From the IMG/VR virus record IMGVR_UViG_3300024331_000007, positions 96,001 through 160,000 of that record: DNA of 64,000 nucleotides; one strand, 5' to 3'. The first letter of the stretch is position 1. Every line of letters starts with the position of its first letter. This document shows positions 26,530 to 38,145 of this stretch, piece by piece. Under the pieces are notes generated by a model. That model searched no databases and was not told where the DNA came from. It saw only the letters and a program-made list of their open reading frames with translations. The translations under genes and the position numbers were made by a program. This stretch comes from a virus. Lineage: Duplodnaviria > Caudoviricetes.

Positions 26530-28702
26530 CTACCAATACTTGTGAATGAAATGTGCAAGGATAATTATTCCACCGACAAGCATAGATGTGCAAAAAGCAA
26601 ACCACAATATTGCCATTGTTCGCAGAATATTTGTTTCAAGGAAAAGAGCATCGCAAATCTTTTCGAGGAATGACCGCTTAAAAAATCGACGGTCAATTGC
26701 AGGACGACTATTAGTGTTGTTAAACATTAGTCGTCCACCTTGTAGAATGCCGCGACGTTTTCAAATTCATCAACACTCAGGTTAATGTCCGTGAAACAAC
26801 GATCTTTCAATGCCAGAGCGACGTATTCAATCTTTTCAAGTTGATAAAGCCAATTGGAATAACGTTCTTTGGCGTATCTAAGATCGTAGGAGGAGTCCAT
26901 AAGATTTTCGGCGCGGTTTATAACGTCCTCTTCAGTTGGCGTCACGAGAGGTCCGAAAATCCAATACTTTTTTCGTGGCGTTCTAAACCTATCATAGACT
27001 TCTTCTGTGGATTCTTTACGCTTCTTTTCGATGTATTCACGAGTGTCAGCGATTGATTCCAGAACCTTGTCCAGAATAAACTTGTTTGCCATTATATCCC
27101 TTCCTTCAAACGAAAATATTGATCCGCTCCCAATGGTCTTCCAAGCAGCTTTTCCTGTAGGAAATATGCCGCCTCAGACAACTTTTGAGCAGACTCAAAC
27201 TTGTTCTGTTTTACAGCATTGATGATGTGAGTTTTGTATCGCGCTATATTGCGCTTTTGCTGATTGCGCACAATAAGCATTTCCTCTTTTGAGAATGGAA
27301 CAAAGAACTTTTCGAGGAAGGAAGTGCGAGCCGCCGAGGATTGCTGTCCGCTGTGTCCACCAGTTACGAACGCGACATACTGACCGAATCGAGTGTACAA
27401 GCCATGATAGCTAGCAACAACGATGCCATCATGAGCCTTGACTCGTTCGATAATTTCTTTTTGTAATTTTGTCATTTTCTCTTCCGAGTACTCAGCATGG
27501 CAATGCCCGTTCCGTAAAGATCGGCGTTATGGTCAAACTGCATATCTTCAATTTCCTCAACAAGTTTTTCACGATCTTTGGCGTTTTTACGAGCCACTGC
27601 ACGAACGGCTTTCCGTTCATGTTGTGCAGCTAATGTTGCAAACTCCATAATAGCACGAATTGCCGCCTTATTCCACGGTTCGGGGAAACGATGTAAAGAA
27701 TGCTTCTGAATTAACTGTTTCACGAGTTTGTTTTTAGTTGGCATCGTTTTTACCCTTTGAAATTTCACCTTTTGCAATAAGGTCGTCTAATTTTTTCCAC
27801 GTCGCCAAATACCATCTAATAGTGATTGGACGATTTCCAGCCATCGTTCGAAGACTCGCGATTGATCGAATTAATCGAATGCGAGTAATAATATCAGATA
27901 GTGACATCAGTTTCCCTTCAGAATTTCTTCCACTGCGTTTAGCTTGGATTCAATGTACTTTTCAATTCATTACCAAAAAACCTCAACAAGATAAAGCCCC
28001 TCAGGGATAAGATCACGATTTACAAGATCAGTAAAAATGATGTGGGCTAAATAATCGCCGCATCCCACCTTTACAAATTCATCCAAACATTTTTGCTCAT
28101 ATAATGACAGTTCCTGCTTTCGTCCGATGAATTTAGATTCGCTGTCATTACTCAATCCCTGATCCGAAACAATCTGAAATTTATGGCCGTAAATGTGGGA
28201 TACAAAATTATCGAAGTCTTTGTAATCAACTGATCGAATTGTTTGTATTACAAAAGGTAATTGCGTCATTATTTTGTACCTTCTTTCAAAATTTTCACAT
28301 AAAGATCGCTGGCAGTTGAGCATAAAATTCTGGACGCATCTTTCAAACCGTTTTCGTACCAAAACCGCCGATTGTCCATTAGTTGATAATGTGCGCGAAG
28401 AAAAAACTTTCGAATCTCCGAAAGAGATGAGTTGGAAATAATTTCATCCATTAGCTCAAATCCTCCATAATCAGACTCGTGCAACCAGCAGCCTCGGCTA
28501 GTTCATATGCCTCGAAGCGGAAAAAATCTTCTCTCGGCCTTCCGTAGTGGTAAACCTTGTTTTCCTTCAGCCACGCCTGATACCGCGTTATGCGGCCTTC
28601 AAAATCGGGAGTCGTGTAGCATTGTGGATATTGAAACTCGTATGGAAGGTCCGCATCCGTCAACAGTTTGATTGACTCAACAAGATCGACACGATAGGCC
28701 AT
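26530..28702 (-). CDS. run of small hypothetical genes (26530-26727, 26727-27092, 27092-27475, 27472-27777, 27970-28362, 28269-28484, 28451-28702)
   Basis: co-oriented, mostly stop/start-coupled ORFs of 65-130 aa with no recognisable motifs. Confidence 0.55.
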
Positions 28703-28719
28703 TTCAGTATCCTTTCCAG

Positions 28720-29154
28720 TTAGCTAATGAGATGAGTGATGAAATGCGAGATGCCGATGGCAAGCAAGGTGGCGAAAAAGCTAATGATTCCCGCTGCCAT
28801 AAAAGTTGCTTTTACTTCGCGAGCAACAATTTCTTTATCATTGCTGCGCAACTTTTCTCTATCGACCACTGTGCCACAAATCACCATCGTAAGCACGCCA
28901 TAAAAACCAATCCAGCCTAAAAATTCGTAGATCATCAATTACTCCTTATCCATTCGTCCGAAAAAATATGCTGTACATACACCAGCGGCAAAAAAGTACA
29001 TGTCGTCAAACCACGTAATAAAAGAATGATTGGTTTGAAAAACATAAATGGCAATGCCAAGTCCAGCGCCAATGATTATACTAATTGCTGTTCTGGCTCT
29101 CATGGTTACCGAGCCTTTCGTTTGGATGGTACTGGCGCAAGCGAATTTGTGCAA
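28720..29154 (-). CDS. two small 2-TM membrane proteins (28720-28938, 28939-29154)
   Basis: hydrophobic hairpins. Confidence 0.55.
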
Positions 29155-29642
29155 ACCATGCCGATGAATTTACCAGCGGAAACACTGCCAACATAGCACA
29201 TTCCCATCGTATTAGCCTTGGGAGCGCCGTGCACGTTGATAACGCGCACGATAGCGCCTTCGCCAAGGCCATTCACCGGGGGATTAAGAACGTCGAAAAG
29301 AACAGGGCTGTAGGAGTAAATCGAATTGACGCGAACCCTGCGATTTGACATTCGTTTATTCCTCTCACCAACAAATATAGTATACCAAACTTCATCATTG
29401 AAGTCAAGGGCAAAGTTTGGTTTTGGCCGATATTTGGCCCCTGCGCTTGTGTTGATGGACATGTATTTGCCGTTTTCATCCTTGTTAAAACATCCACCAA
29501 AAATCTTTACATTGTGAAGCTCTTTCCAGCCATCAACTTGATCTTTTAACTCTAGTGCTTTTCTTTGCTTGACTTCCCAAATATGAGAATGGGCGTTTTG
29601 AAATGCCGTAGGAATTTCGTCCATGTAAACTATGTGACTCAT
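29106..29642 (-). CDS. hypothetical protein with C-terminal small beta domain
   Basis: VRVINVHGAPKANTMGMCYV; ATGA-coupled. Confidence 0.6.
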   Translation of the reverse strand: MSHIVYMDEIPTAFQNAHSHIWEVKQRKALELKDQVDGWKELHNVKIFGGCFNKDENGKYMSINTSAGAKYRPKPNFALDFNDEVWYTIFVGERNKRMSNRRVRVNSIYSYSPVLFDVLNPPVNGLGEGAIVRVINVHGAPKANTMGMCYVGSVSAGKFIGMVCTNSLAPVPSKRKAR

Positions 29643-30365
29643 GACCACTCCAGCATGAACAGTACATATTCAGATTTGCTTTTAAATGTGAAAGTGAGTA
29701 TATCAGTCCCCCAAACTGCATTAACTTTGATACCGAAATGTTCCATCCATTTTTGGCAGGCAAAATTCAAAGACTCCTGCGCCGATTGACTATCTTGTTT
29801 ATATTTTTTGGGGATGGTTGAAAGATAATCATTTGCCTTCATAAATGCGCTTCCCATCGTTTGAACATCAACTGTTAATGACTCGTCATTCATGACCACT
29901 CCAACATGTACAAAACATAATCTTCTTTGCTATCAAACACGATGTATCCATAACGCTCGTTTTTCTTTCCTTTGTTTTTATGAACAAGAATAGCACGAAA
30001 AGCGTCATGATATCTTTGATTCAATTCTTCCTGTGTCATTAGTATAAGTGTATCTGCTCCAAATAACGATTCCCATGCATTCAAGTGGGCTGAATAGATG
30101 GCATCAAATCTCGCTCGATATTTTTTCATGTCCACTCCAATGTCGTTAAAACAAATGATTCCTTGTTTTCAAATTCAAGGTAGTACCATCCTTGTCCGCG
30201 TTCATCATCTATTGTTAAAAGCCTAGCGTTGCATTTATCCTTGAAAAATTTAACAAGGGTGTCATCGTCGTAATTAAATGAGAACTCGTATCGGCAAGCG
30301 TCAATAACATGACACCATACCTCGGGTATATCAGTTACCTTTACGAGTTGTTTTAGATGTCCCAT
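29639..30365 (-). CDS. three tandem paralogs of the 'F.SK..Y.LF.LEWS' family (29639-29893, 29890-30129, 30126-30365)
   Basis: shared C-termini FKSKSEYVLFMLEWS / FDSKEDYVLYMLEWS / FENKESFVLTTLEWT. Confidence 0.8.
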
Positions 30366-31375
30366 TTAATTTCGTACCAATGACGCATCCACCCCGCCAA
30401 CCAAGAATCCATTTGTAATGATAGTTCAGGACTCTTTTTTGGGAGAGGAGAATTGGCTTCAATCGTCTTCAACACATCAAGTCTTTCATTGAGGATATCG
30501 ATGACATTGTTATATGGCAACTGTCCATTCTTGATTTGCAGAAGAAAATCAACATATTCTGACGAGAATGGAAATTCCAGATTCTTTCTGGTCAGTAACG
30601 CAATTCCTTCATCGACGACCCGCAAAGCATGCATTGTTGCTTTCCAGTCAACGTTATCGATAGAAGCAGCATCTGCGCGACTTCCATATTTGTCAAGATG
30701 TTCCTGAACAACCTTGAGGCTCGTTTCAAACGTGCTGGTGTAAGGCAGAACCTTTTCCAATAGTTTGATGCAAGGCTTCATATTTCTATGATGGTCAACG
30801 GCATACTCGGTGATCTGAAAATATTTTGGAAACTTTTCAGCAACTACAGACGCCTTCATCAAGAATGGCGGCAGATAATCCAACGGTCTAGCTCCCTTAG
30901 TTGAATTACTGATTGCTTCCTTAAACAGATTCTCAGCAGCACGAACAGCATTCAGCCGTTCGCCCTTGAAAGAGTACAGAGAAGCCTGATTCACAGCATA
31001 TCCAACTAAAGCTGCCATGTTGGATGTAAGGAATCTATTCCTCAATTCTCGGCAGAAGCCTAGAAACAGAGGATCGTGCAAAACCTGATCGGCTTTAGTA
31101 AACTCAACAGCATATGCCAATTCCAAGGCATACGTTTGACCACCCAAAAAGTCATAAGCAAAAACCTGCACAGGAATGAACTCTTCATCCATGTCCTCGG
31201 CAGAGTTGCGGGTATTCTTTTCAGTGTTTGTCTTTTTGACAATATTCTGGATTCGCTTGCCGACAAGAATGTCATTCAAATCAGGCAAAACAACATGCTT
31301 CAAGTCCACGTCAGACGTTGGGGTCTGCGTTCCATATAGAAACGATCCATATCTAGTTGTAAATAGTTTTCTCAT
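30353..31375 (-). CDS. DNA-polymerase-beta-superfamily nucleotidyltransferase (RlaP-like)
   Basis: YGSFLYGTQTPTSDVDLK (GS...DxD); WKATMHALR. Confidence 0.8.
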   Translation of the reverse strand: MRKLFTTRYGSFLYGTQTPTSDVDLKHVVLPDLNDILVGKRIQNIVKKTNTEKNTRNSAEDMDEEFIPVQVFAYDFLGGQTYALELAYAVEFTKADQVLHDPLFLGFCRELRNRFLTSNMAALVGYAVNQASLYSFKGERLNAVRAAENLFKEAISNSTKGARPLDYLPPFLMKASVVAEKFPKYFQITEYAVDHHRNMKPCIKLLEKVLPYTSTFETSLKVVQEHLDKYGSRADAASIDNVDWKATMHALRVVDEGIALLTRKNLEFPFSSEYVDFLLQIKNGQLPYNNVIDILNERLDVLKTIEANSPLPKKSPELSLQMDSWLAGWMRHWYEIKWDI

Positions 31376-31384
31376 GTTGCTCCC

Positions 31385-31413
31385 ATTTTAGCAGAAACGC
31401 CATAAAGAGTCAA
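31385..31413 (-). promoter_or_regulatory. sigma70-type early promoter
   Basis: TTGACT-17-TAAAAT upstream of the nucleotidyltransferase. Confidence 0.65.
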
Positions 31414-31430
31414 CCGAAACAACGAAGGGG

Positions 31431-31853
31431 TTAAATCTGAGGTTTTAAAGGGGTTTCGTTGGGTTCTTCGGGTGGTTTCGCAGAGGGGGCATCGCTCATA
31501 ACCTGAGGATTATATCCGTGAAAACCAGTGTATGGAAGTGCTTTTTCAGTAGTGAGCAATTCCTGCTCTTTTTTGATCAATGTTTGTTTCAGTGCAATAT
31601 CTTCGCGTTTTTGCTTTTCCTGATTATCCAACAGTCGATTAATTAACTCTTGCTTTTGTTGCGATATATCAACTTCAGAAGTCAAAACTCGAATTGCATT
31701 TGCTTGGATTTTCTCATTTGATTCAATAGAGTCAAATCTTTTTTCCAATGTCAATTGCTGCTTAACAACATATCCAACGCTGCTTGCCAGTGCAACTAAA
31801 ATAGATGCTATACTGGCCGCTGTTGCCAAACGATTTTTCAAGTCTGCTTTCAT
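31431..31853 (-). CDS. N-terminally anchored coiled-coil protein
   Basis: TM 10-30, coiled coil, Pro-rich end. Confidence 0.6.
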   Translation of the reverse strand: MKADLKNRLATAASIASILVALASSVGYVVKQQLTLEKRFDSIESNEKIQANAIRVLTSEVDISQQKQELINRLLDNQEKQKREDIALKQTLIKKEQELLTTEKALPYTGFHGYNPQVMSDAPSAKPPEEPNETPLKPQI

Positions 31854-32812
31854 GATTGGTTTTCGTGTTGCTTTATTTTCGTCATTGCGTCTTCGGCCAG
31901 TTTAGGTAAATCATGCCATGACCAAAATCCATTTTCTTTCGGCCCTTTGTGCAATGCATTCGCCGTTTCTGTGAGAAGTTGAGCCAATCTATTACGAATT
32001 TTATCCTCTTCCTCAAGATCAGATTGTCGTTCAAATGCCTGTTCTTCAAGTCTAGTAATTCTATCAATGAGCATGGCAACTCCAATTACTGGAAGTAGCA
32101 TGCTGTATTGATTTTTCTCATTCAACTCCATGACTTCCTTAGCCAATCCTTTAAGATCGTCGGGAATGTTCATGGTTGCAAAATCAGCAATGTTTAGGTA
32201 GCCGTTGTCACCGTTCATTTGCAACCTCTGCAAGGTTCTCGCTTAATGTTTACGTGAAGTTTGGCTTGGTTTTCGTCAATATCTGGATGTTGCTTAAAAT
32301 AAGCTTTAACTTTTTCGTCCGTTTGGCGCAACTCCTCAATACTACTTGCTTCATACAAATAAGTATTGTTGACAAAGACTTCAAATTTGAGTGCAGACAT
32401 AATTCTCCTACTTCCACATATCGGCAAGCGTAGTATGTAAAATTGCCAATGCCTCACGACGAGCTTCGACATACATGAGTCCGCGAGCCACAGCGTCGTT
32501 GGGTCCAGTTTTATCAGTTAATCTTTCGTCGGGCAAATTTCCACCCAAACGTGCAATACTACGAAGCGTCCGTTCCAGTTCCTTGATTCTTTCTTCCTTC
32601 TTTTCGAGTGACATATTTTCCTTTTTGATATCCTTGTAGGTTTCTGACAACGTTCCGTTTCTTTCAGCCTGACGCATGATTTCTTTTTCTTTATCCGTCA
32701 ACTTTCTTAAGAGCAACGAACTAAAAGGCCAGATTGAAAATACTCCAAATTTGGTTGAGAATGCAACTAAATTGTTGCTCACATATTTTCTTGCCATGTA
32801 TTCTTCTCTCAT
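31850..32812 (-). CDS. hypothetical genes (31850-32233, ~32215-32472, 32408-32812)
   Basis: coupled ORFs without recognisable motifs. Confidence 0.5.
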
Positions 32813-34519
32813 ATAGTTACTCGGACTCCTGTGTGGCGTCGTATGTATCCGCCATAACCATCATCTGAAGATGACGAAGAATCATCCTCTAACATTTTGA
32901 GCATGAGTAATTGATCTTGTTCTTTCTGAGATAATGGTCGCCACGCAAAATGTTTGCCGCGATGGGCCACAATGGTTACGATCAGACCGTTTACACCAGC
33001 AATCAAAGAAGCAAGTATCGTCCAGACCTCACCTTTTTCATGCTCCAACGTAGTTCTGAAATGATGATTGTATTCTCCCATCAGAAAAAACCAATTGATA
33101 AAGGAACACATAAACCATACATATAAAAATTGCTGTTGAGTGATATGAATATGCATTATTCTTCCAACTTTCGCAGCATTAATCGCTGCTCAATTTCGCT
33201 GTGTGTTTCTGGTCGCCACGCCCAATGTTTGAAACATCCTGTCAATAGTAAAGGTAGTGTGGCAGCGGGTCCAAAAATAACACATAAGACAACCAAAACT
33301 CTATCTCGAAAAAATGGTTCGTTGTCAGTGGTGTAGCTCCTGAGGAATCCGCTGACCATCCCCCAATTAAGAGTATCACATATTATCCACATAACCAAAA
33401 ATAAAATAACGGAGTGATGCATTGAACCTCTCAATCTGCGTAGTACTCAAGAGTTTCAAGCATATCCCACCCGTCTTTCTTACTTTTGCCCCAGAATCGT
33501 CGGGTCCAATGCTTAAAACCAAACTGTTGAAATGTTGCAATGAATGCCGCAGGGCCAAGAACCAAATCAAACAGGATGAATAAAATATCTGTTTTGAGTT
33601 TTCGTGAACGCGGATGCTTCCATGTCATATAACCATCTTGAAAACCCCATGCGGCAAAACCAAACGCCAACCAACATGATGCCAGTATGTAATAAACAAT
33701 GTGTGTCATGATTCCAACTTGTCTAAGAACCTACGTCCTTTTGAATTGTATTTCCAAAAACCAAATTTGGATTTTATACCGTGTTTATGATCCTCTATCA
33801 TTATTTCCAAAACAACCCACCATGACAATAGTCCACATATAATCATAAGGCCGAGAGCGTCTTTGTCTGGACCATCCAGAGTCAATAGATTTTTCGGCTC
33901 TCCGTCCCATAATGAAAACCAACAAAATAGCCACGCACTAAAACCAAACATCAGCCAAATTAGCCCAAAGCCAATGAAAAGTGAAATACAATAGAGTACC
34001 TCTCGCATCATGACTCCAGTTTTTCTAGGAATCTTTGCCCTTTTGATTTGTGTTTGTTTTTCCAGTTCGGCAATAACATATTGCCCTCTTTCAGCATCAT
34101 CGATGTTGTTACCAACCCACAAACTATACACGCAAGGGAACAACACCAAAGCTCGCGTTCTATTTTACCATTTTCGAAATAGGAGGTAAACAACAGCAGA
34201 ATATATGTAATAAGACCACACGTAAACCAACATACGAGGAATGCCAAAACAATCTGAGCAAATGTCATAATTCAAACTTTCTGAGAACGTGCTCGTTTTT
34301 GCTTTGATACATTGTTCGATCTGCAATAAATCGGAATAGACCAATGATCAATAGCAATGGACCCACTACAAATATTTGAGGAATGAATCGAGAAATGTTC
34401 ACCCAAACAACTTTCATATTCACGCCGGGATTTTTTAATCTCTGCATCAGGACGCCGAGAAGGATCGCTGCAAATCCAGAACCAACCCACCAGAATAAAA
34501 ACCATGCACCTGTTTTCAT
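32809..34519 (-). CDS. array of six small 2-TM membrane proteins (32809-33156, 33156-33434, 33431-33709, 33706-34011, 34008-34268, 34265-34519)
   Basis: each has two hydrophobic segments and a basic tail; shared KH(F/W)AWRP and RFL(D/E)KLES motifs. Confidence 0.75.
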
Positions 34520-34539
34520 GATTCCAACTTTCTCACAAA

Positions 34540-35928
34540 TTACCCTTTCGCTATAGACCCCAACAATGACTTCAACAAGTCTTTCTTATTCTCTGTCGTT
34601 CCTCCGATTGACACTGTATCTGAGGACGATGCTTCTTTTTTGTTTCGAATCTTTGCCAGCATATTGCTTCCAGTCATTGTTGCCTCATCAACTGGTGCCT
34701 GTGTTGAATTTGTTATTCGAAGAGAATTTACATCGAAGTCCAAATCAACTTTGCTTCCAACCCCGCTACTGTTACGAGTCTTCATAAATTGCAATTGAAT
34801 TGCGCCACGTTCCTTCATACTGCGGCTAGTGAAAATTCCAAACACATTATCAGCAGTGAACAGTTTTGAAATACCACCAGCAATTGATCCTGATGAAAAC
34901 TCCAACTCGTCAAAACCACTGCGATTCAATTGGGATGCTGTAGCCAGTAGTGCTCTTTGTTCGATTGCAAAATTTCTCAACTCTTCACAAACCAGCTTGT
35001 CCTTTGTGAATACGTCAGCAACATCAATTTTTGCCCCACTTGGCATAATCAAATCCAAGTAATCAAGGCAAACAAAGTCTGCTTTGAAATCTTCCTGAAT
35101 CGCCAGTTCTTTAATGTACGCCTTGATCTGATTTACTGTACTCTGTGACGGCAGATACTTAATTTTTAGTCGGCCATACTTCTTTTCAGCCATCTTAATC
35201 CTGAGTTCAACATCGTCAATATTCTTGTAAATATCCTTGCTGCAAACACCTGTTACCATGCTGTCCAATCGCATTGCAACAAGGTCTTGACTCAATTCGA
35301 ATGTGATGTAAATTCCATTGAGTCCTGACTCGATCCAATTCAGAGCCAGATTTTGCAGGAACAAACTCTTTCCAGTTCCAGACGCTCCAACAAAAATATT
35401 CAGTTCGCCGCGATTTGATCCACCGTACAACTTCTCGTCAATGTCTTTCCAACCAGTGCTAATCTGACCATTGCTGTTTTTTAAACGCATCAAACGACCT
35501 CGCGGATCACTGAAATATTCAATACCTAAATCTCGCGTAAGGCTTACTTGAACTGCGTCTTTAATTAGCTTTTCAACTGTGTCAAATTCGCCCTTCACTA
35601 ACAGATCGGCGCTTTCTACAATTGCTCTTTCCAATTCTTCGCGCTTAGTAAATTGCTCAAAGTTATCCAGAAACCATTCTTCATGCCCTTCTCGAATATC
35701 GCTAATCAATTCAAGATTCGTATTCGCAACAGCATTCACTTGTTGAACAGTTGGAATAGTGTTGTGAGTCTGAACATGTTCCTGAATAAATTTTGCTGCT
35801 TTGTATAGGCTTCTATCGAAATTCTGCGGATTGTAGATGTTCTGAATGCGTGTGTATAGATTTCCGCTACTGAGTAAAAAATTAAGAAAGACTTCTTGTA
35901 CTTCTGGTCTTGTTTTTTCTGATGACAT
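34540..35928 (-). CDS. replicative helicase, T4 gp41/DnaB-like
   Basis: ISTGWKDID, GASGTGKS, ITFELS, CLDYLDL, TASQLNR, KTRNS. Confidence 0.93.
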   Translation of the reverse strand: MSSEKTRPEVQEVFLNFLLSSGNLYTRIQNIYNPQNFDRSLYKAAKFIQEHVQTHNTIPTVQQVNAVANTNLELISDIREGHEEWFLDNFEQFTKREELERAIVESADLLVKGEFDTVEKLIKDAVQVSLTRDLGIEYFSDPRGRLMRLKNSNGQISTGWKDIDEKLYGGSNRGELNIFVGASGTGKSLFLQNLALNWIESGLNGIYITFELSQDLVAMRLDSMVTGVCSKDIYKNIDDVELRIKMAEKKYGRLKIKYLPSQSTVNQIKAYIKELAIQEDFKADFVCLDYLDLIMPSGAKIDVADVFTKDKLVCEELRNFAIEQRALLATASQLNRSGFDELEFSSGSIAGGISKLFTADNVFGIFTSRSMKERGAIQLQFMKTRNSSGVGSKVDLDFDVNSLRITNSTQAPVDEATMTGSNMLAKIRNKKEASSSDTVSIGGTTENKKDLLKSLLGSIAKG

Positions 35929-36016
35929 GTATTACTGCCGCCTTGAGTATAATGTAAAGGTACTCTTTTATATAGTCCTTTCAAGTATACTTCTACGCAG
36001 TGTAAACAGTCAATGA

Positions 36017-36175
36017 TTACTTCGCGGGTTTCTTTCCTAGCTTGTATGATGCAAACAATTTCTTTCTTCGGTTCTCTTGCCAAACACGATAAAAAGATCG
36101 CAGCAACAAGATCAAACTACAAATTCCGACTGCTAGGGAAGTGAATTGAAAAATTTGGTACAAGGTAATATGCAT
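36017..36175 (-). CDS. single-TM small protein (52 aa, not in ORF track)
   Basis: MHITLYQIFQFTSLAVGICSLILLLRSFY...basic tail. Confidence 0.45.
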   Translation of the reverse strand: MHITLYQIFQFTSLAVGICSLILLLRSFYRVWQENRRKKLFASYKLGKKPAK

Positions 36176-36256
36176 AGTGTTCACCATGATAGCAAAAATT
36201 CAACAGAAGTGCAACCAAAATTTATCTTGATTGCTTTGAAGCCTTTAGTCGCTGCA

Positions 36257-36988
36257 TCAATAATTTCTGTTTGGTCTTAAACAGCACGGTATTGTTTTCA
36301 TTCCTTTATTCCACGGAACCCTTCCACGCATTTTATTTTTAGTTTCTTCGGAATGGCGTTTTCCAAGATGAGAATTGGACATCTTTTTCTTTGATTCTTT
36401 GGATGCTTTGTTACCTAAATTATTTTGACTACCTATCAACGAAGAAGAGATTTTCTTTTTAGTTTCGACGGAAACTAAATGACCAGTTAGAGTGTTTCTA
36501 ATTTTCTGTTTGGTTGTATTTGACGGTGGTGTTCGTAGCAAAGTGGCTGTTCTAATTTTATTTTTAGTCGCTACTGCTTTGTCTTTTCCATATATTTCTT
36601 CATAGGAACGTCCCTTGTTCCTGCCACACTGGACGGCTGACATTTTCTTTTTAGTTTCTTCAGAATGAAACTTATTTTTGAATTTTGCTTTACCAAACCG
36701 ATGACTTTTATTGAGTAGCAAAGGATTGCACCAAGATTCAAAAATTTTGAACTGTTCAAAATTGTATGCATCATCTCCGGTATTAAACTCAGCCAATATT
36801 ATCCAATCATATTCATCAAAGTTGTTGCGAACAATATTACACGATGTTCGATACATTGGAAGATCAATGTCAGACGGCACATTTAGTTTTACATTCTTTT
36901 CTCTATAACCGATGTAAAATTGTTTTGTAATTTTGTGGATACACAGATATACATATGGACGAACTTGCGATGATTTATAAATATTCAT
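36257..36988 (-). CDS. GIY-YIG/NUMOD3 endonuclease between primase and helicase
   Basis: PYVYLCIHKITKQFYIGYR; HSEETKKKMS repeats. Confidence 0.88.
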   Translation of the reverse strand: MNIYKSSQVRPYVYLCIHKITKQFYIGYREKNVKLNVPSDIDLPMYRTSCNIVRNNFDEYDWIILAEFNTGDDAYNFEQFKIFESWCNPLLLNKSHRFGKAKFKNKFHSEETKKKMSAVQCGRNKGRSYEEIYGKDKAVATKNKIRTATLLRTPPSNTTKQKIRNTLTGHLVSVETKKKISSSLIGSQNNLGNKASKESKKKMSNSHLGKRHSEETKNKMRGRVPWNKGMKTIPCCLRPNRNY

Positions 36989-37053
36989 GCTGTTGCTCCA
37001 ATAAGCGATAGGGTAGTTGGGGAGGCCAATCCCGCGAACTACATCTATTTATA
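36986..37053 (-). promoter_or_regulatory. late box plus conserved two-hairpin leader, copy 2
   Basis: TATAAATA overlapping the primase stop; GTAGTT-CGC-GGGA-6nt-TCCC-C-AACTAC; GCT-tattgg-AGC; CAGC-ATG. Confidence 0.75.
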
Positions 37054-38070
37054 AGGGTTCCTAAATTGTTGCTGTACCCTTATCAGAGCCGCGTTATCGG
37101 TTGCATTTTTTAGCAAATGAGTAACACAAAATAACGAACCATATTTTACATATGCCGCATTTATGTCTTTGACATCCCATTGTGGTATACTCACACTCCA
37201 CCCATTATCAATAGCGGTATCAATTACACTATTATTTCGTATCACTTTTCCATTTTTATCTATTTTGGGTTTATTTAGCCCAGCCTTGTCAAGATCGGGA
37301 ACAACAATGATTTTCTTTTGAAGATCGCAAATCATTTCCGTTTGCTCGTCGCTAATTTCGTTGTGCATGACGGATAAACATTTCACACTTAGCGCATCCA
37401 GTAATCCTTCAGTGACAAATACCCATTCATGCTCTGGTTGAACATATTCCATACCAAACACAAATTCACAGGTCTTTCTCATGATATATCGCATCCTCTC
37501 GGCTGGATTGATCGAGCGAGCAGAATAGCCGATGATTGTATCGTGAAGAATGAATGGCAGAATTACGCGGGAACGATATACAAGATCAGGAGAAACAAGA
37601 AATGGAAAATCGGCGGGTGTAAAACCGCGAGTCTTCAAAAAGTTAACATGTGCTGGATACTTTGAAATATCATTTTCCAACAGCGTGCAATCTTTGGGCA
37701 TTTCAATTGCTTTAATGTCACGGCGTACAATTGCCCTCGGTTCAAACCCAGCTTCTTTTGCTGCGCGTAGACTTTCCAACTTGAGTTGACTAATCGTACT
37801 TTCGTCTACATTTAACCATTTAAGAAGATTGATAAACTTTGGATACAGTGGCTTGCCCGGTGTATATGAAGCTGTAGCGCCACAATTAAAACAATGAAAA
37901 CTACATGATCCTGCTGCGTTATCGAATTTCATTCCGCCACGCCCGCGTTTGTCTGGACTTTGACCGCGATGTTCACAGCACGGAGCATTACGAGACAGCC
38001 AGCCGCTTGGAGAGGTTTTAACTCTGCCGCGATGCCAATAATCGTATGCTGTTTGGGCGATAATGTTCAT
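37045..38070 (-). CDS. DNA primase, T4 gp61-like
   Basis: Zn finger CC..HCFNC, RVILPF, TOPRIM VTEGLLDAL / PDLD / KDIN. Confidence 0.9.
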   Translation of the reverse strand: MNIIAQTAYDYWHRGRVKTSPSGWLSRNAPCCEHRGQSPDKRGRGGMKFDNAAGSCSFHCFNCGATASYTPGKPLYPKFINLLKWLNVDESTISQLKLESLRAAKEAGFEPRAIVRRDIKAIEMPKDCTLLENDISKYPAHVNFLKTRGFTPADFPFLVSPDLVYRSRVILPFILHDTIIGYSARSINPAERMRYIMRKTCEFVFGMEYVQPEHEWVFVTEGLLDALSVKCLSVMHNEISDEQTEMICDLQKKIIVVPDLDKAGLNKPKIDKNGKVIRNNSVIDTAIDNGWSVSIPQWDVKDINAAYVKYGSLFCVTHLLKNATDNAALIRVQQQFRNPYK

Positions 38071-38145
38071 TCTTGTGAGTATAGCACAAAAAACAGGTCG
38101 CGTCCACAACGAACAGCGACCCACCCAAACTGAAAAAGTCAATTA

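Noticed and set aside
27778-27969. Gap with several short broken frames
   Set aside because: No frame has a convincing start and length. It may be decayed sequence, but nothing can be supported.
34540-38070. Intron or intein in the helicase/primase region because of the nearby GIY-YIG
   Set aside because: Both genes are continuous and of normal length, the endonuclease is free-standing, and no group I core was recognised.
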